From assembly GCA_022868165.1 (NCBI GenBank), contig JALHYA010000002.1:1478-65477 (forward strand): a stretch of DNA of 64,000 nt, read 5' to 3'. Each line of letters begins with the position of its first letter. The stretch's first letter is position 1. Shown piece by piece: positions 27,542 to 36,992 of this stretch. This stretch comes from Patescibacteria group bacterium. GTDB taxonomy: Bacteria > Patescibacteriota > Microgenomatia > UBA8517. A program made the translations under genes and the position numbers. The notes beneath the pieces are model-generated. The model did not search any database. It saw only the letters and a program-made list of their open reading frames with translations, and was not told where the DNA came from.

Positions 27542-28468
27542 TTATATTTTGCTAGCCTCTCTCATTCCGGCCCAGAGCCCTCTCAAACTACCACTATCCT
27601 TCCTTACTATGCTCATCACCGCCTCCATCAGGAATAAACCAACTACTGACCAGTAAAAGGCAAGGTTATGCTTTAGGTCTTGGGGTAAATTCTTCTTAAA
27701 ATAACAGAGATGATTTATCATCAGCCCTTTTCTTCTATCATACAGACTTCTTTCAGCCGAAGAGTAATTATGAATTCCTTTGGCATAAGGAACGTAAACA
27801 TTCCTGTATTTTCTGGATAGCCTATAGGCAAACTCATCGTCTTCGGCATATCTGTATTTGTAGAGGTTTTCGTTGAATCTAAATTCGTCAAGTATTTCTT
27901 TTCTAAAAGCCATGCAATAGCCAAAGAGGAATTCGCAAAAGGTGATTTCATCAACAGCACCGCTCTTTATGAATGTCGGAAACCCTGATAGCTGGAATTT
28001 ACCATCACCCCACCGGGGCAAGAAAAAAATACTGAGTAAGAATTGGGATACGGTAGCATCTCTTATCTTATCAGAAAAATGAAGACTACTCTCTACTTGA
28101 TGCCGCTCTGCAATATTGGCAGTTACTCCACCAATATCTCTGGGATAAGTGTTGAAAACATACATAATCTCTTTCAGGCAATTTTTTTCTAATACGACAT
28201 CATCATCAATAAAGACGATTATATCTCCGGAACTGGCACTGATGCCGACATTCCTTTGAAGCGTTAAGCCAGGTTTACTATGAACATATTTTATTCTCTC
28301 GTTTCCAGTGAAGCAAAGTTTAATTTCCGAATTTAGCTTCTTTGTATCACTGCCATCAACAATGAGAATTTCATCAGGTGGAACTGCTTGGGTCAGAAGT
28401 GACTCAAGACATCTGACTACATCTTGAATTCTGTCTTTGGTTGGGATTATCACTGAGATTTTATCCAT
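27542..28468 (-). CDS. Family 2 glycosyltransferase
   Basis: ISVIIPTKDRIQDV...VDGSD. Confidence 0.75.
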   Translation of the reverse strand: MDKISVIIPTKDRIQDVVRCLESLLTQAVPPDEILIVDGSDTKKLNSEIKLCFTGNERIKYVHSKPGLTLQRNVGISASSGDIIVFIDDDVVLEKNCLKEIMYVFNTYPRDIGGVTANIAERHQVESSLHFSDKIRDATVSQFLLSIFFLPRWGDGKFQLSGFPTFIKSGAVDEITFCEFLFGYCMAFRKEILDEFRFNENLYKYRYAEDDEFAYRLSRKYRNVYVPYAKGIHNYSSAERSLYDRRKGLMINHLCYFKKNLPQDLKHNLAFYWSVVGLFLMEAVMSIVRKDSGSLRGLWAGMREASKI

Positions 28469-29409
28469 GCTAAACCCTCATTCAAAAACCAACTTGTATA
28501 CTTTCTTAGCCCATCCTCAATATTCGTCTTCGGGACATAACCAAGGTCTCTCCTTGCCTTATCAATGTTTGCCCATGTATGCTCAGCATCACCTTTCTGT
28601 GATAGTGTATGAATTATCCGTGACTTGCTGTTTGTTATGTTTACTATTTTTTGAGCCAACTCGTTTATAGTGACACGATTGCCACTGCCAATATTGTAAG
28701 TTTGACCATCACCCTTGTCTCCCGCCAATAAGGAGGCTTCAACAACATCGTCAACATAAGTAAAGTCTCTCGTCTTCTCCCCGGTGCCAAAGATTTCGAT
28801 TTTTTCGTTATTTAATGCTTTTCGGGTAAATATGGATATAGCCAAGTCAGGACGCATTCTAGCCCCATAGACCGTGAAAAACCTTAGTGAGGTAGTTCTT
28901 AATCCATAAACTTCGGTGAAAACTCGGCAATATTGCTCAGCGGCTAATTTAGACACCCCATAAGGTGAAACCGGCATCTTAGGGTGATCCTCATCAAACG
29001 GCAAGTATTCAACCTTGCCATACACTGAAGAAGAAGATGCGTTTATTAGCTTTTTAACATTTGATTTCAAGCAGGCTTGTAGAATATTCAGCGTACCAGT
29101 AGTGTTAATTTCATGGGGCTTTCTCGGATTATTTACAGAAATCCTAACGCCAGGCTGAGCAGCACAATGAAAAACGTATTCTATGTCCGGCCTTATTACA
29201 TTCTGAACCAACTTTTCATCGCAAATGCTACCCTCAATAAGTTTGAAGTTTTTATTTAGCAAGAATTGCTCAATGTTTTTGTGCTTCAATTTTGGGTCAT
29301 AGTATGAGTCAAAGTTGTCTAGACAGATAACTTCATAGTCCTTATCTAAAAGTTTTTGGCAAAGATGGCTTCCGATAAAGCCTGCACCACCAGTTATTAG
29401 GATTTTCAT
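28450..29409 (-). CDS. NAD-dependent nucleotide-sugar epimerase (SDR; UDP-glucuronate/GlcNAc 4-epimerase-like)
   Basis: ITGGAGFIGSHL and YxxxK SDR motifs. Confidence 0.8.
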   Translation of the reverse strand: MKILITGGAGFIGSHLCQKLLDKDYEVICLDNFDSYYDPKLKHKNIEQFLLNKNFKLIEGSICDEKLVQNVIRPDIEYVFHCAAQPGVRISVNNPRKPHEINTTGTLNILQACLKSNVKKLINASSSSVYGKVEYLPFDEDHPKMPVSPYGVSKLAAEQYCRVFTEVYGLRTTSLRFFTVYGARMRPDLAISIFTRKALNNEKIEIFGTGEKTRDFTYVDDVVEASLLAGDKGDGQTYNIGSGNRVTINELAQKIVNITNSKSRIIHTLSQKGDAEHTWANIDKARRDLGYVPKTNIEDGLRKYTSWFLNEGLAWIKSQ

Positions 29410-29417
29410 TCCAGAAC

Positions 29418-30302
29418 CTATTCTCTCACTCCATATTTTTCTGCCATGAACTTATTTATATCTTTGACTTTAGATAATAGTGTATTCTTAAAAAATAGCT
29501 CTTTTTCTATGAATTTATTGTATGCTTCCATATCTTTCGGAATGCATCTTCCTCCGGCTGCCATCCCATTGATAGTGCCATAAAACCCAATACGCTTATC
29601 CATCGCAGTAATTTTGCCTACTAAGCGTGAATCTATCTCTAGTTTCTGGCATACTAAGAACATCTCATTCCAATATGAAATCTTCGTAGCCAGCATCAGA
29701 TTGGCAGCATACTTACACATCTCAGCTGTTTTCAAGTCAGTACGAAATATCGGTATGTGCAAAGGCAAATAAATATCGGATAACACATCGCCTGATTTCT
29801 TATCCAATTCCCCAATAACTATTCGCTCTGTGTTCCGCATTCCTCTGTGATAATTAAAATCCTGAGTCCATGACTTCGCTATTTCCGTCAAGAACTCAGG
29901 ATTCATGCACAAGCCAAACTCTTTTCCGCTTGACTGTAAAATCGGCAAAACCACTTTCTCTGTGGTCAAGGGTATAACCGTGCTTTTAATCACCACTAGA
30001 TGCCAATGTTTTGAATTTCTTAATCCTTCTGTTATCTTTTTCACTGCATCAACCACATATGTCAAGTTTATTCCGTTATCCGATGGCGTGGGTACGCAAA
30101 CAAAGCTTACATCCGTTTTAGACACGGTTTGGGCAACATCATCACTCACACTTTTACCTTGCCTAGATAACTCCGAAATTGTATTCGGGTTTATATCGCA
30201 ATATATTACTTTATGCCCCAATTTCTCAAGGCATTCACCTGTTTCTCCACCTACCTTGCCACTGCCAATGATGCTAATGCTATTCACTACCTGCCTCTTC
30301 AT
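29418..30302 (-). CDS. UDP-glucose/GDP-mannose dehydrogenase-family protein (short form)
   Basis: N-terminal GSGKVG Rossmann. Catalytic-Cys motif GGRCIPKD. Confidence 0.65.
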   Translation of the reverse strand: MKRQVVNSISIIGSGKVGGETGECLEKLGHKVIYCDINPNTISELSRQGKSVSDDVAQTVSKTDVSFVCVPTPSDNGINLTYVVDAVKKITEGLRNSKHWHLVVIKSTVIPLTTEKVVLPILQSSGKEFGLCMNPEFLTEIAKSWTQDFNYHRGMRNTERIVIGELDKKSGDVLSDIYLPLHIPIFRTDLKTAEMCKYAANLMLATKISYWNEMFLVCQKLEIDSRLVGKITAMDKRIGFYGTINGMAAGGRCIPKDMEAYNKFIEKELFFKNTLLSKVKDINKFMAEKYGVRE

Positions 30303-30688
30303 AATTTTAGTTTGTCTAACCTGTTTTTTATATTATCGAACCCATCGCTCATCTGCCTTTTAATCTCTTCTAAATCTTTTTGGACTAGATTATCATGTTT
30401 GTAAAATTGTTCATTCCATGAACTTAAATAACTCGGCAATAAAAATTTCCATGCCAAAATATAAGTGATTATCAAAACACTAATAATGACAGACATAAAT
30501 ATCCAAAATCGAATGTATATGCCATACCCCATAAGCCAAGTTGATATCTCAACATACGCATTAACCGATGTCTCCAGCAATATTAAAAGTGATACCACCA
30601 TCCCCACTTGTGTAACCGTCAAGAAGAACATACCCAACCGTTTGCTAATATTCTGTTGCCCAAAAATATTGAGAATAGTTTTCTTCAT
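30299..30688 (-). CDS. Small membrane protein
   Basis: ORF track 129 aa, 2-3 TM. Confidence 0.5.
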   Translation of the reverse strand: MKKTILNIFGQQNISKRLGMFFLTVTQVGMVVSLLILLETSVNAYVEISTWLMGYGIYIRFWIFMSVIISVLIITYILAWKFLLPSYLSSWNEQFYKHDNLVQKDLEEIKRQMSDGFDNIKNRLDKLKL

Positions 30689-30819
30689 TTCATACCCGTT
30701 TCATAAAAAGTTCGGGCACAGTTTTTACACTGGTATCGTTGCTTCTTCCCTTTTCGGGTAACAACTATGCCAGCTTTTTTGGTTTTAGCGGATTTGCATT
30801 CAGGACATACCATAATCAT
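30685..30819 (-). CDS. Stand-alone transposase-type zinc-ribbon protein (44 aa; CPECKS..QRYQCKNCARTF)
   Basis: Hand-translated. TGA overlaps the ATG of the downstream gene. No clear SD. Confidence 0.35.
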   Translation of the reverse strand: MIMVCPECKSAKTKKAGIVVTRKGKKQRYQCKNCARTFYETGMK

Positions 30820-30845
30820 GTTGCCTATATTATATGTATATCTGT

Positions 30846-32465
30846 CTATCTAGTCAAATCGGTGCTTAGCACTTCAAATACTTTTACCTTGCCATCAGTT
30901 GATTCCCATACTGGCTTGCCAAAGTAGAACAGCTTATACACAGCAGTGTCCTCCGGCTTCACATTGTTGACGTAAAATATTGGATAGGCATTGGTGGTGA
31001 ACATTTCCTTGTCAAGTATGATGTATCTCCATTTGTTGGCTACTATGTCTAAAGTAATATCTGATTTACAGAGTATATCATTGCCACACCCATTGCCCGG
31101 CGTGTAACTTGCCGGCATGTGCCCTGCTTGCACAATCCAATAGCCATAGTTCCAATGGCTAAGAACTCCATAATTAAGCCTATCCGATTTCTGTGTCTCA
31201 TATATAACTGGGTCAAAAAGCATACCACCGAAATAGCAACCGGGGCTTATCTCCACTCCTCCAGTAAAATATAATCCCTCTTTTACATCGGTGGGAACAT
31301 TAGCTGGTTGCGTTCTAAGCCAAGTACAACATTCTTGCCAAGCCTTGGGCATTGTACCGAGACCCGATGTGGCTATCACCGTACTTCTATAACCAAATAG
31401 CAAGCAGAGCATTAAGGTTAGTGCGACAATAATCCTTGTCATCTTGACTTTATCGGTTCTGAATAGTTTAACGATATAGACTGATATAAAGGCACTCATT
31501 ATGGCAATGTTGATAGCAGAGTAATAAGCAAAACGTCTTGCAGAGAAAGTTAGAGCTAACATAATTACAGACCATACCAGAAATAACAACGTTTCCTTGT
31601 TCTTAGATTTGATGTACTGATGTAGTAAAACTCCAATCCCAAACAAGGTAAGAAAGAAGGCAATGCTGAAGTATCCAATTACAGTCACGAAATCGAATTG
31701 CCCGGCAGTAAAGAATAGGGGCATCATTTCACCTACTGTAGTTGTGATATTGGGTATGAATATACTAAGATTTTTAAATATATTAGGTACAAATAAATAT
31801 ACTGCCCCATAGACAATGGCGATTACTACCCATGCCTGCCATTTTTTACAGAATAGGGCAATCAAAAATATGGCGAGGATGAACAGGAATAGAGGTGCTC
31901 CGTACCACGATAAGAGATACAGCCCTGTAAATACAAGACCAAATAAACTATATACAATTCTTTGCTTGCCATCTTTTACTGCAAGTATGCCAAACATCAT
32001 TATCGTAGTGAGCAACAGTATCTCAAGACAATGATAATCGGCAGCCCCAAGCATGGTACGGCTCAGTATCTCTCCGGGCATCAAGGCCAATAAGAATACG
32101 CTAAGTGCTGCAATTAGTTTTTCCTTGAATAAAGCCCTAGCTATGACATAAACAGGAATCAGGGTCAGGAGAAATAGAATTGGCGGTATCCACGCCCCGG
32201 CTGTTGTTGTGTCAGTGTGAAATAATTTAGCGGTCAGAGCTATCATGGCAGGAAATACCATCTGCGACATTGGTTCTGTACCTACAGGATAGTTAAAGAA
32301 ATAATCGTGTGCTGGTATATTAGGCCAAATATCGGCATAGCGTACCATGTAGTAGGCATCTACTGTGTTTAACTGTATGCCGTTATGAAGCGGTAGGATT
32401 ATGTGAAATAGAAGAAAAAATATAGCACTAAATCCAAGTAGCAGGGAAATGAGCCACTTGTTCAT
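30846..32465 (-). CDS. STT3/AglB/PglB-family oligosaccharyltransferase (short form)
   Basis: About 13 N-terminal TM helices. WWDYG-like motif SHWNYGYWIV in the C-terminal soluble domain. Confidence 0.6.
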   Translation of the reverse strand: MNKWLISLLLGFSAIFFLLFHIILPLHNGIQLNTVDAYYMVRYADIWPNIPAHDYFFNYPVGTEPMSQMVFPAMIALTAKLFHTDTTTAGAWIPPILFLLTLIPVYVIARALFKEKLIAALSVFLLALMPGEILSRTMLGAADYHCLEILLLTTIMMFGILAVKDGKQRIVYSLFGLVFTGLYLLSWYGAPLFLFILAIFLIALFCKKWQAWVVIAIVYGAVYLFVPNIFKNLSIFIPNITTTVGEMMPLFFTAGQFDFVTVIGYFSIAFFLTLFGIGVLLHQYIKSKNKETLLFLVWSVIMLALTFSARRFAYYSAINIAIMSAFISVYIVKLFRTDKVKMTRIIVALTLMLCLLFGYRSTVIATSGLGTMPKAWQECCTWLRTQPANVPTDVKEGLYFTGGVEISPGCYFGGMLFDPVIYETQKSDRLNYGVLSHWNYGYWIVQAGHMPASYTPGNGCGNDILCKSDITLDIVANKWRYIILDKEMFTTNAYPIFYVNNVKPEDTAVYKLFYFGKPVWESTDGKVKVFEVLSTDLTR

Positions 32466-32468
32466 TGG

Positions 32469-32813
32469 CTATCTTTTAGCTGAAAAAAGTTGTGCTTCGT
32501 CAGAAAGTTCTTCTTTGACTTTTGGTTTGTTTCGAAATCTTTTTACTCTTGCTTTGCCAAATGCAAAGATGATCATTCCTAGCCCAACTATAGCACCTAT
32601 CCCATAAACCAAGATGGGATGGCTATATTGTTTGTTCATAGGTATAAGCGTCATAGCTAAAAATACACCAGCAACACAAAAAACTTCTATACCAATCATA
32701 AATAATATGAATGGACAGAAAGTAAAGGTGTATTCTTGGGTAAAGTCTCTCCCGATTTGGAGTGCCCCAAACTTCTTTTTTAGGTTGTACATTGCGTCTT
32801 TAAACTTTAGCAT
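32469..32813 (-). CDS. Small membrane protein
   Basis: ORF track 114 aa. Confidence 0.5.
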   Translation of the reverse strand: MLKFKDAMYNLKKKFGALQIGRDFTQEYTFTFCPFILFMIGIEVFCVAGVFLAMTLIPMNKQYSHPILVYGIGAIVGLGMIIFAFGKARVKRFRNKPKVKEELSDEAQLFSAKR

Positions 32814-32828
32814 TGCTTTACCTCCTAT

Positions 32829-33311
32829 TTATTTCTTCTGTGCCGTGAATATTGTTCTGGCATCAGGTGCAATCTTTATCATAGTCTTTGTTAATAGCGA
32901 TGTAACTTTTTCTAGTGTTATCTTGCCATCCTTCTCGCCTCCAAGACTTATATCTAACTTGCGTAGTAGATTTACTACAGTAGTACTCTGCATTATAGCT
33001 ATTAACGATTCCTCGGATATCTTGATGCCGGCTATTTTCCTGCGCTCATCATACCAGAAGCGTATGTCTGCTACATGAGGCATAAACATAAGACCTCTAC
33101 CAACTCTAATTATATATTGTCTGTAAACAGCTACGCCGAAGTTCCTATCTTTAAGCTCTTCTTGCTTACTCTCGTCATTGGTGTATCTCTCTGTTTCAAA
33201 GTCTCCGTCCCGGCTATCCTTGACACATTTGGCTGCGCCAGTTCTAACCAATTCCTTACAGGCATTTTCTAGTACTCTGATGCCATGATGATTGCTAGTA
33301 AACTCTATCAT
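32829..33311 (-). CDS. Hypothetical protein
   Basis: ORF track 160 aa. Confidence 0.5.
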   Translation of the reverse strand: MIEFTSNHHGIRVLENACKELVRTGAAKCVKDSRDGDFETERYTNDESKQEELKDRNFGVAVYRQYIIRVGRGLMFMPHVADIRFWYDERRKIAGIKISEESLIAIMQSTTVVNLLRKLDISLGGEKDGKITLEKVTSLLTKTMIKIAPDARTIFTAQKK

Positions 33312-33320
33312 TGTGACCTC

Positions 33321-33689
33321 CTATTTTACCTTGCTAATCTGCGTTACCTTGCCGGGCAATCCTGCCCTCAACACTTCTGAAATTGAATGCGCATGGACTG
33401 TGTGGTTTCTTTCAATGCCTTGATGCTTGGTAGTGACCGCATATTTAGGGTGCTCTTCCATCCTATATACGAAGAAGCACGTTATTCTCCTGCAGGTAGG
33501 ATTGTGTTTCAATGCCCAAAATGATCCTCCGCACTCTTTACACTTTTGAAGTTTTGGCTTACCACCGGTGAACTTCTGCTTTATGGCGATTTCCCGTACC
33601 TGGCTAGGAGAACCTGTGTATACTTTGAAATTGAGATATCCATGTGTTACAAATAGCCATTCTCGGAATGCTTTGAGAAACCTTATCAT
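33321..33689 (-). CDS. Zinc-ribbon protein (CKECGGSF...C..C)
   Basis: ORF track 122 aa. Confidence 0.5.
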   Translation of the reverse strand: MIRFLKAFREWLFVTHGYLNFKVYTGSPSQVREIAIKQKFTGGKPKLQKCKECGGSFWALKHNPTCRRITCFFVYRMEEHPKYAVTTKHQGIERNHTVHAHSISEVLRAGLPGKVTQISKVK

Positions 33690-33904
33690 CCGTTCACCTT
33701 CCTATCATAGAAATACCCCATGACAATCAATACTGGCAACATCAGCAAGCAGGGTATAGCCACAAACCAGTTCGTACTCTGCAAGTGCGTATAGTCTGTT
33801 ACCGGCTGCACTAGCTTATCCCTGAATATAAATCCAAGAACTAGGATAACACAGAGCAAAATTGAGCCGGTGATTATTGACCGGATAGTATGTTTATCCA
33901 ACAT
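33686..33904 (-). CDS. Small membrane protein
   Basis: ORF track 72 aa. Confidence 0.45.
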   Translation of the reverse strand: MLDKHTIRSIITGSILLCVILVLGFIFRDKLVQPVTDYTHLQSTNWFVAIPCLLMLPVLIVMGYFYDRKVNG

Positions 33905-34202
33905 TCTCTACTAAACCTTCATTCTTTAAGGCTTCTAAAGCTCTTTGCATCTTCCCTGCAGACCAATGCATATCATCTGCTACCTCTTGTGTGCTACTAG
34001 CTGGCTGAAGTTTCTTGACACTCGCCATTATTTCAAACCTTGTACCCCCCATTTCCATCTTCACATGCCTATCCTCTCCTATCTCGGTTAATTGCCAACG
34101 TGCTACTTTCTTTTTTAGCCCTAACGCTCCACCTACATTGTCGAAAAATCCTTTTGTCATATTAGTTATCCTCCTCTTTCTTTTTCTTTGGCCTATTACC
34201 AA
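33894..34202 (-). CDS. Small winged-helix-like DNA-binding protein
   Basis: STQEVADDMHWSAGKMQRALEALKNEGLVE. Likely starts at the internal MTKGFF. Confidence 0.4.
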   Translation of the reverse strand: MVIGQRKRKRRITNMTKGFFDNVGGALGLKKKVARWQLTEIGEDRHVKMEMGGTRFEIMASVKKLQPASSTQEVADDMHWSAGKMQRALEALKNEGLVENVG

Positions 34203-35070
34203 AGTGAATATTTACCCTACGTGATAATTGCGATATGCTATGGCTATTCCAAAGGTGTACCCAATTTTCTGGTTTTAGCCAAAGGTACTTTGATAAACCA
34301 GTACCACCTTTTCTATTATCCTGTATTAAAATACTACTATAACCTGGAATATGCCCCTGCCATTTGCAGTCTACTAGATGCGTAGCTTGGTCATATAATA
34401 TAGGTGCAAATCTTTCTATGTCTATCATTACCTCGATAGCACAAATATGCACATGCCCTCTTCTGTTTAAAATTCTGGCTATCAATTTTGTAAGATTTGT
34501 CTGGCTTTGCCTGTCCCCGTAAGTATCGCACTCATCGAGGCTGAAAACCGTATTGTATCCTATGAATTTCTCCAATTCTTCTTGTGGTGCTGGTTTCCTC
34601 GTTCCTTTTTCTATTAGGGATAATTTATTGAATCCATCCTCTAACTCACTCTGAAAACTTTCATCCCACAAGTCAAAGAGCTTACCGTAATATTCAGGAT
34701 TCGGCGGTGTCCAATCTAAGGTAGCCCTCTTACCAAATAACCTTACCACTTGGTAGGTATACCAAGCCATAAATAGAGATTTACCCGACCTGGGGTCTCC
34801 ACCAACAAGAATTACAGGATGCTCTAATAAGCCAAGGGAAAGGAGGAAATATTTAATGTATGTATCGGGATTGATAAAGTCTCTCTGGTTAAGTTTCCAT
34901 CTATATGGGCTGTCTTTAGATGCTAATTTCCACCAGGCATAACTAGAGGTAACATCTTCACGAGTAAGAATGGTCGGCTCAATCCCATATAATAACTTAC
35001 TGTTATCTTTTGGGAGTATAACAATCTCAGATATTCTAGTTGGACTAACGCCTATCAAGGAGACCTCCAT
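34162..35070 (-). CDS. P-loop NTPase (Walker A VGGDPRSGKS, Walker B FSLDECD). Possible packaging or terminase-like ATPase domain.
   Basis: Motif reading only, with no nuclease domain. Family not assigned. Confidence 0.55.
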   Translation of the reverse strand: MEVSLIGVSPTRISEIVILPKDNSKLLYGIEPTILTREDVTSSYAWWKLASKDSPYRWKLNQRDFINPDTYIKYFLLSLGLLEHPVILVGGDPRSGKSLFMAWYTYQVVRLFGKRATLDWTPPNPEYYGKLFDLWDESFQSELEDGFNKLSLIEKGTRKPAPQEELEKFIGYNTVFSLDECDTYGDRQSQTNLTKLIARILNRRGHVHICAIEVMIDIERFAPILYDQATHLVDCKWQGHIPGYSSILIQDNRKGGTGLSKYLWLKPENWVHLWNSHSISQLSRRVNIHFGNRPKKKKEEDN

Positions 35071-35479
35071 CTGATGATGATTGCTTTTCCTCGGCAGTTA
35101 GCCGGTGTAAGATAATACTTTCATCTCTGCCTTTACCATCCTCTGAAATCTCGTAACCCATGACTCCAAACTTGAGTTTATCAAAAACACTATCTTTTCT
35201 TTTAAGTTCAAAGAGCGATTGCTGCACATCTCCAATGGCAAAAGCCCATATCATCTTTTTATTGAGTCTGGTGGATTCATGCAAATGCTTTCGCTTAACA
35301 TGAAACAGATGCCCTCTGCCTGGTATCTCTCTATCAAGTTCCCTCTCTTCAAATGCATCTGCCTCAGCCTCAGAAATACTAGGGTTCTGCCCGTTGCCAC
35401 CAACAATGTCCTCCGGTACTTCTGTTTCTTCTGCAACTCCGAAGTTGGTGTCTTTTTCAAGTTGTTCTTTGTCCACCAT
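35045..35479 (-). CDS. Acidic hypothetical protein
   Basis: ORF track 144 aa. Confidence 0.45.
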   Translation of the reverse strand: MVDKEQLEKDTNFGVAEETEVPEDIVGGNGQNPSISEAEADAFEERELDREIPGRGHLFHVKRKHLHESTRLNKKMIWAFAIGDVQQSLFELKRKDSVFDKLKFGVMGYEISEDGKGRDESIILHRLTAEEKQSSSDGGLLDRR

Positions 35480-35489
35480 TTTAGTTTCC

Positions 35490-36176
35490 TTATTTTAAAT
35501 TCATAAATTTTAGTATAGTGTCGAGGCCTGATGATTGCCCACGTACCATAAATATAATAACTATTTCTGCTAGAAATACAAGCAGAATCCCAATAAGTAT
35601 CAATGGCACACGCTTCAGATAATTGAGAAATTCTTCCGCCTTCGCCCAAACTCCTCCCAATTCTGACACAAGCATTTGCATATTTTTCTCATCTAGTGCA
35701 AGCTTGCCCAGAGCTGCTGAAGTCTTATAGTACAGGTCAGGAGTCCATGCAGGATTACAAGTTATTTTGGGCATCTGGTCATTAACTACATAATATGTTT
35801 TCATTACTACCGTTTGCTCTTCATGTGGCCTGCCTTCTGGATAACGATAAGGAAAGCAATGGTCTTGGATTACCCAATAAAGGTCAACAGAATGCTCACC
35901 TGGTACTTCTTTTGCTTTGATAAATCTAGAAATAAGGAAGGTGCCTCTGCTTTTATCCTCTATTTTTTTAACTGCACCTTTCCACACCTCGCAAAGTACG
36001 GAGTAGGCACCCTCCGGACTACAAAACTCGCATAATAATTTGCCCTTTGCCTTTTCCAAAACAACTGAATGTCTCTTACCTTTGCGCCAGAGAATATAAA
36101 AAACAAAAAGTATTGCGATTGCTAAAGCCACAATACCCCAAAACGCTAACGGATAAAGCCCAAGTATACTTTTCAT
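35490..36176 (-). CDS. Membrane-anchored hypothetical protein (N-terminal TM and C-terminal TM)
   Basis: ORF track 228 aa. Confidence 0.5.
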   Translation of the reverse strand: MKSILGLYPLAFWGIVALAIAILFVFYILWRKGKRHSVVLEKAKGKLLCEFCSPEGAYSVLCEVWKGAVKKIEDKSRGTFLISRFIKAKEVPGEHSVDLYWVIQDHCFPYRYPEGRPHEEQTVVMKTYYVVNDQMPKITCNPAWTPDLYYKTSAALGKLALDEKNMQMLVSELGGVWAKAEEFLNYLKRVPLILIGILLVFLAEIVIIFMVRGQSSGLDTILKFMNLK

Positions 36177-36225
36177 ATTTCCACCTCTAACCTTTTATGG
36201 CTACAAGGCTAAATTTGTTTTTACC

Positions 36226-36405
36226 TTACTTATTCTTTCTTCTGGTTTTTAAGCCTTTATTGATGCTTGCTCTAAATGCCTTCGGATGTTTCTCTTCCCT
36301 ATGTTCTCGAAGCCACTTCATGCGCTTGGCAAAAGTCCCATGCCTTCGTAATTTCTCTGGAGCCTGAGCACCGCAAATCGAGCATCCCCAAGTTTTATAC
36401 GGCAT
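36226..36405 (-). CDS. Small basic zinc-binding protein (59 aa; CSICGAQ..H..H)
   Basis: Hand-translated. GGAGGT SD 5 nt upstream. Confidence 0.4.
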   Translation of the reverse strand: MPYKTWGCSICGAQAPEKLRRHGTFAKRMKWLREHREEKHPKAFRASINKGLKTRRKNK

Positions 36406-36420
36406 CTTTTACCTCCTTCC

Positions 36421-36558
36421 TTACTTGCCTAAAATCTGATACATACCCGTACCGCACACCGAGCATTTACCCTTCTTGGCTTTTCTGCCATTCTTCATGG
36501 TTACGGTTACGGGATTCTTCATTTCTCTTGTCGTCTTACACTTCATACAATATGCCAT
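36421..36558 (-). CDS. DUF5679-like small zinc-ribbon protein (45 aa; MAYCMKCKT..CSVCGT)
   Basis: Hand-translated. AGGAGA SD. Confidence 0.45.
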   Translation of the reverse strand: MAYCMKCKTTREMKNPVTVTMKNGRKAKKGKCSVCGTGMYQILGK

Positions 36559-36559
36559 A

Positions 36560-36724
36560 TTATTTGTCTCCTTTCTTCTTCAATTTTTCCTTTATCTTCT
36601 TAGCTTTCTCGACAATCGCTTTCCTTGTTTCCTTGCCAGACTTCGGTGCAAACAATATTCCTGTTATAGCACCCAACACTGCTCCTACGGCAAGACCGAT
36701 ACCAAACTTAGCACCTGTTTTCAA
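36560..36724 (-). CDS. YtxH-like small membrane-associated protein (54 aa; GIGLAVGAVLGAITGILFAPKSGKETRK)
   Basis: Hand-translated. TTG start after a GGAGG SD. Confidence 0.4.
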   Translation of the reverse strand: MKTGAKFGIGLAVGAVLGAITGILFAPKSGKETRKAIVEKAKKIKEKLKKKGDK

Positions 36725-36992
36725 TGCTTGCCTCCTTTGTTTACTCTTTTATTTCCCTTGCTACCTTTACGTCTGTATCTCATGTTATATCATATTTTCT
36801 ACGAGCTTCATCAAAGCGTTTATTTTTACGGGCATACACTCCATAGAATTTACGATAATATGGGCTTGTCTTGCTGGTTCTGCTTATTTTGATTTTCGGC
36901 ACCTAGCCTTTTCTACGCAATTCAGCACTTTTTCTCTCTGCCCAATCCTTAGTTCCTTCACCGACTTTTATCATATTGCTTACCTCCTTTCC

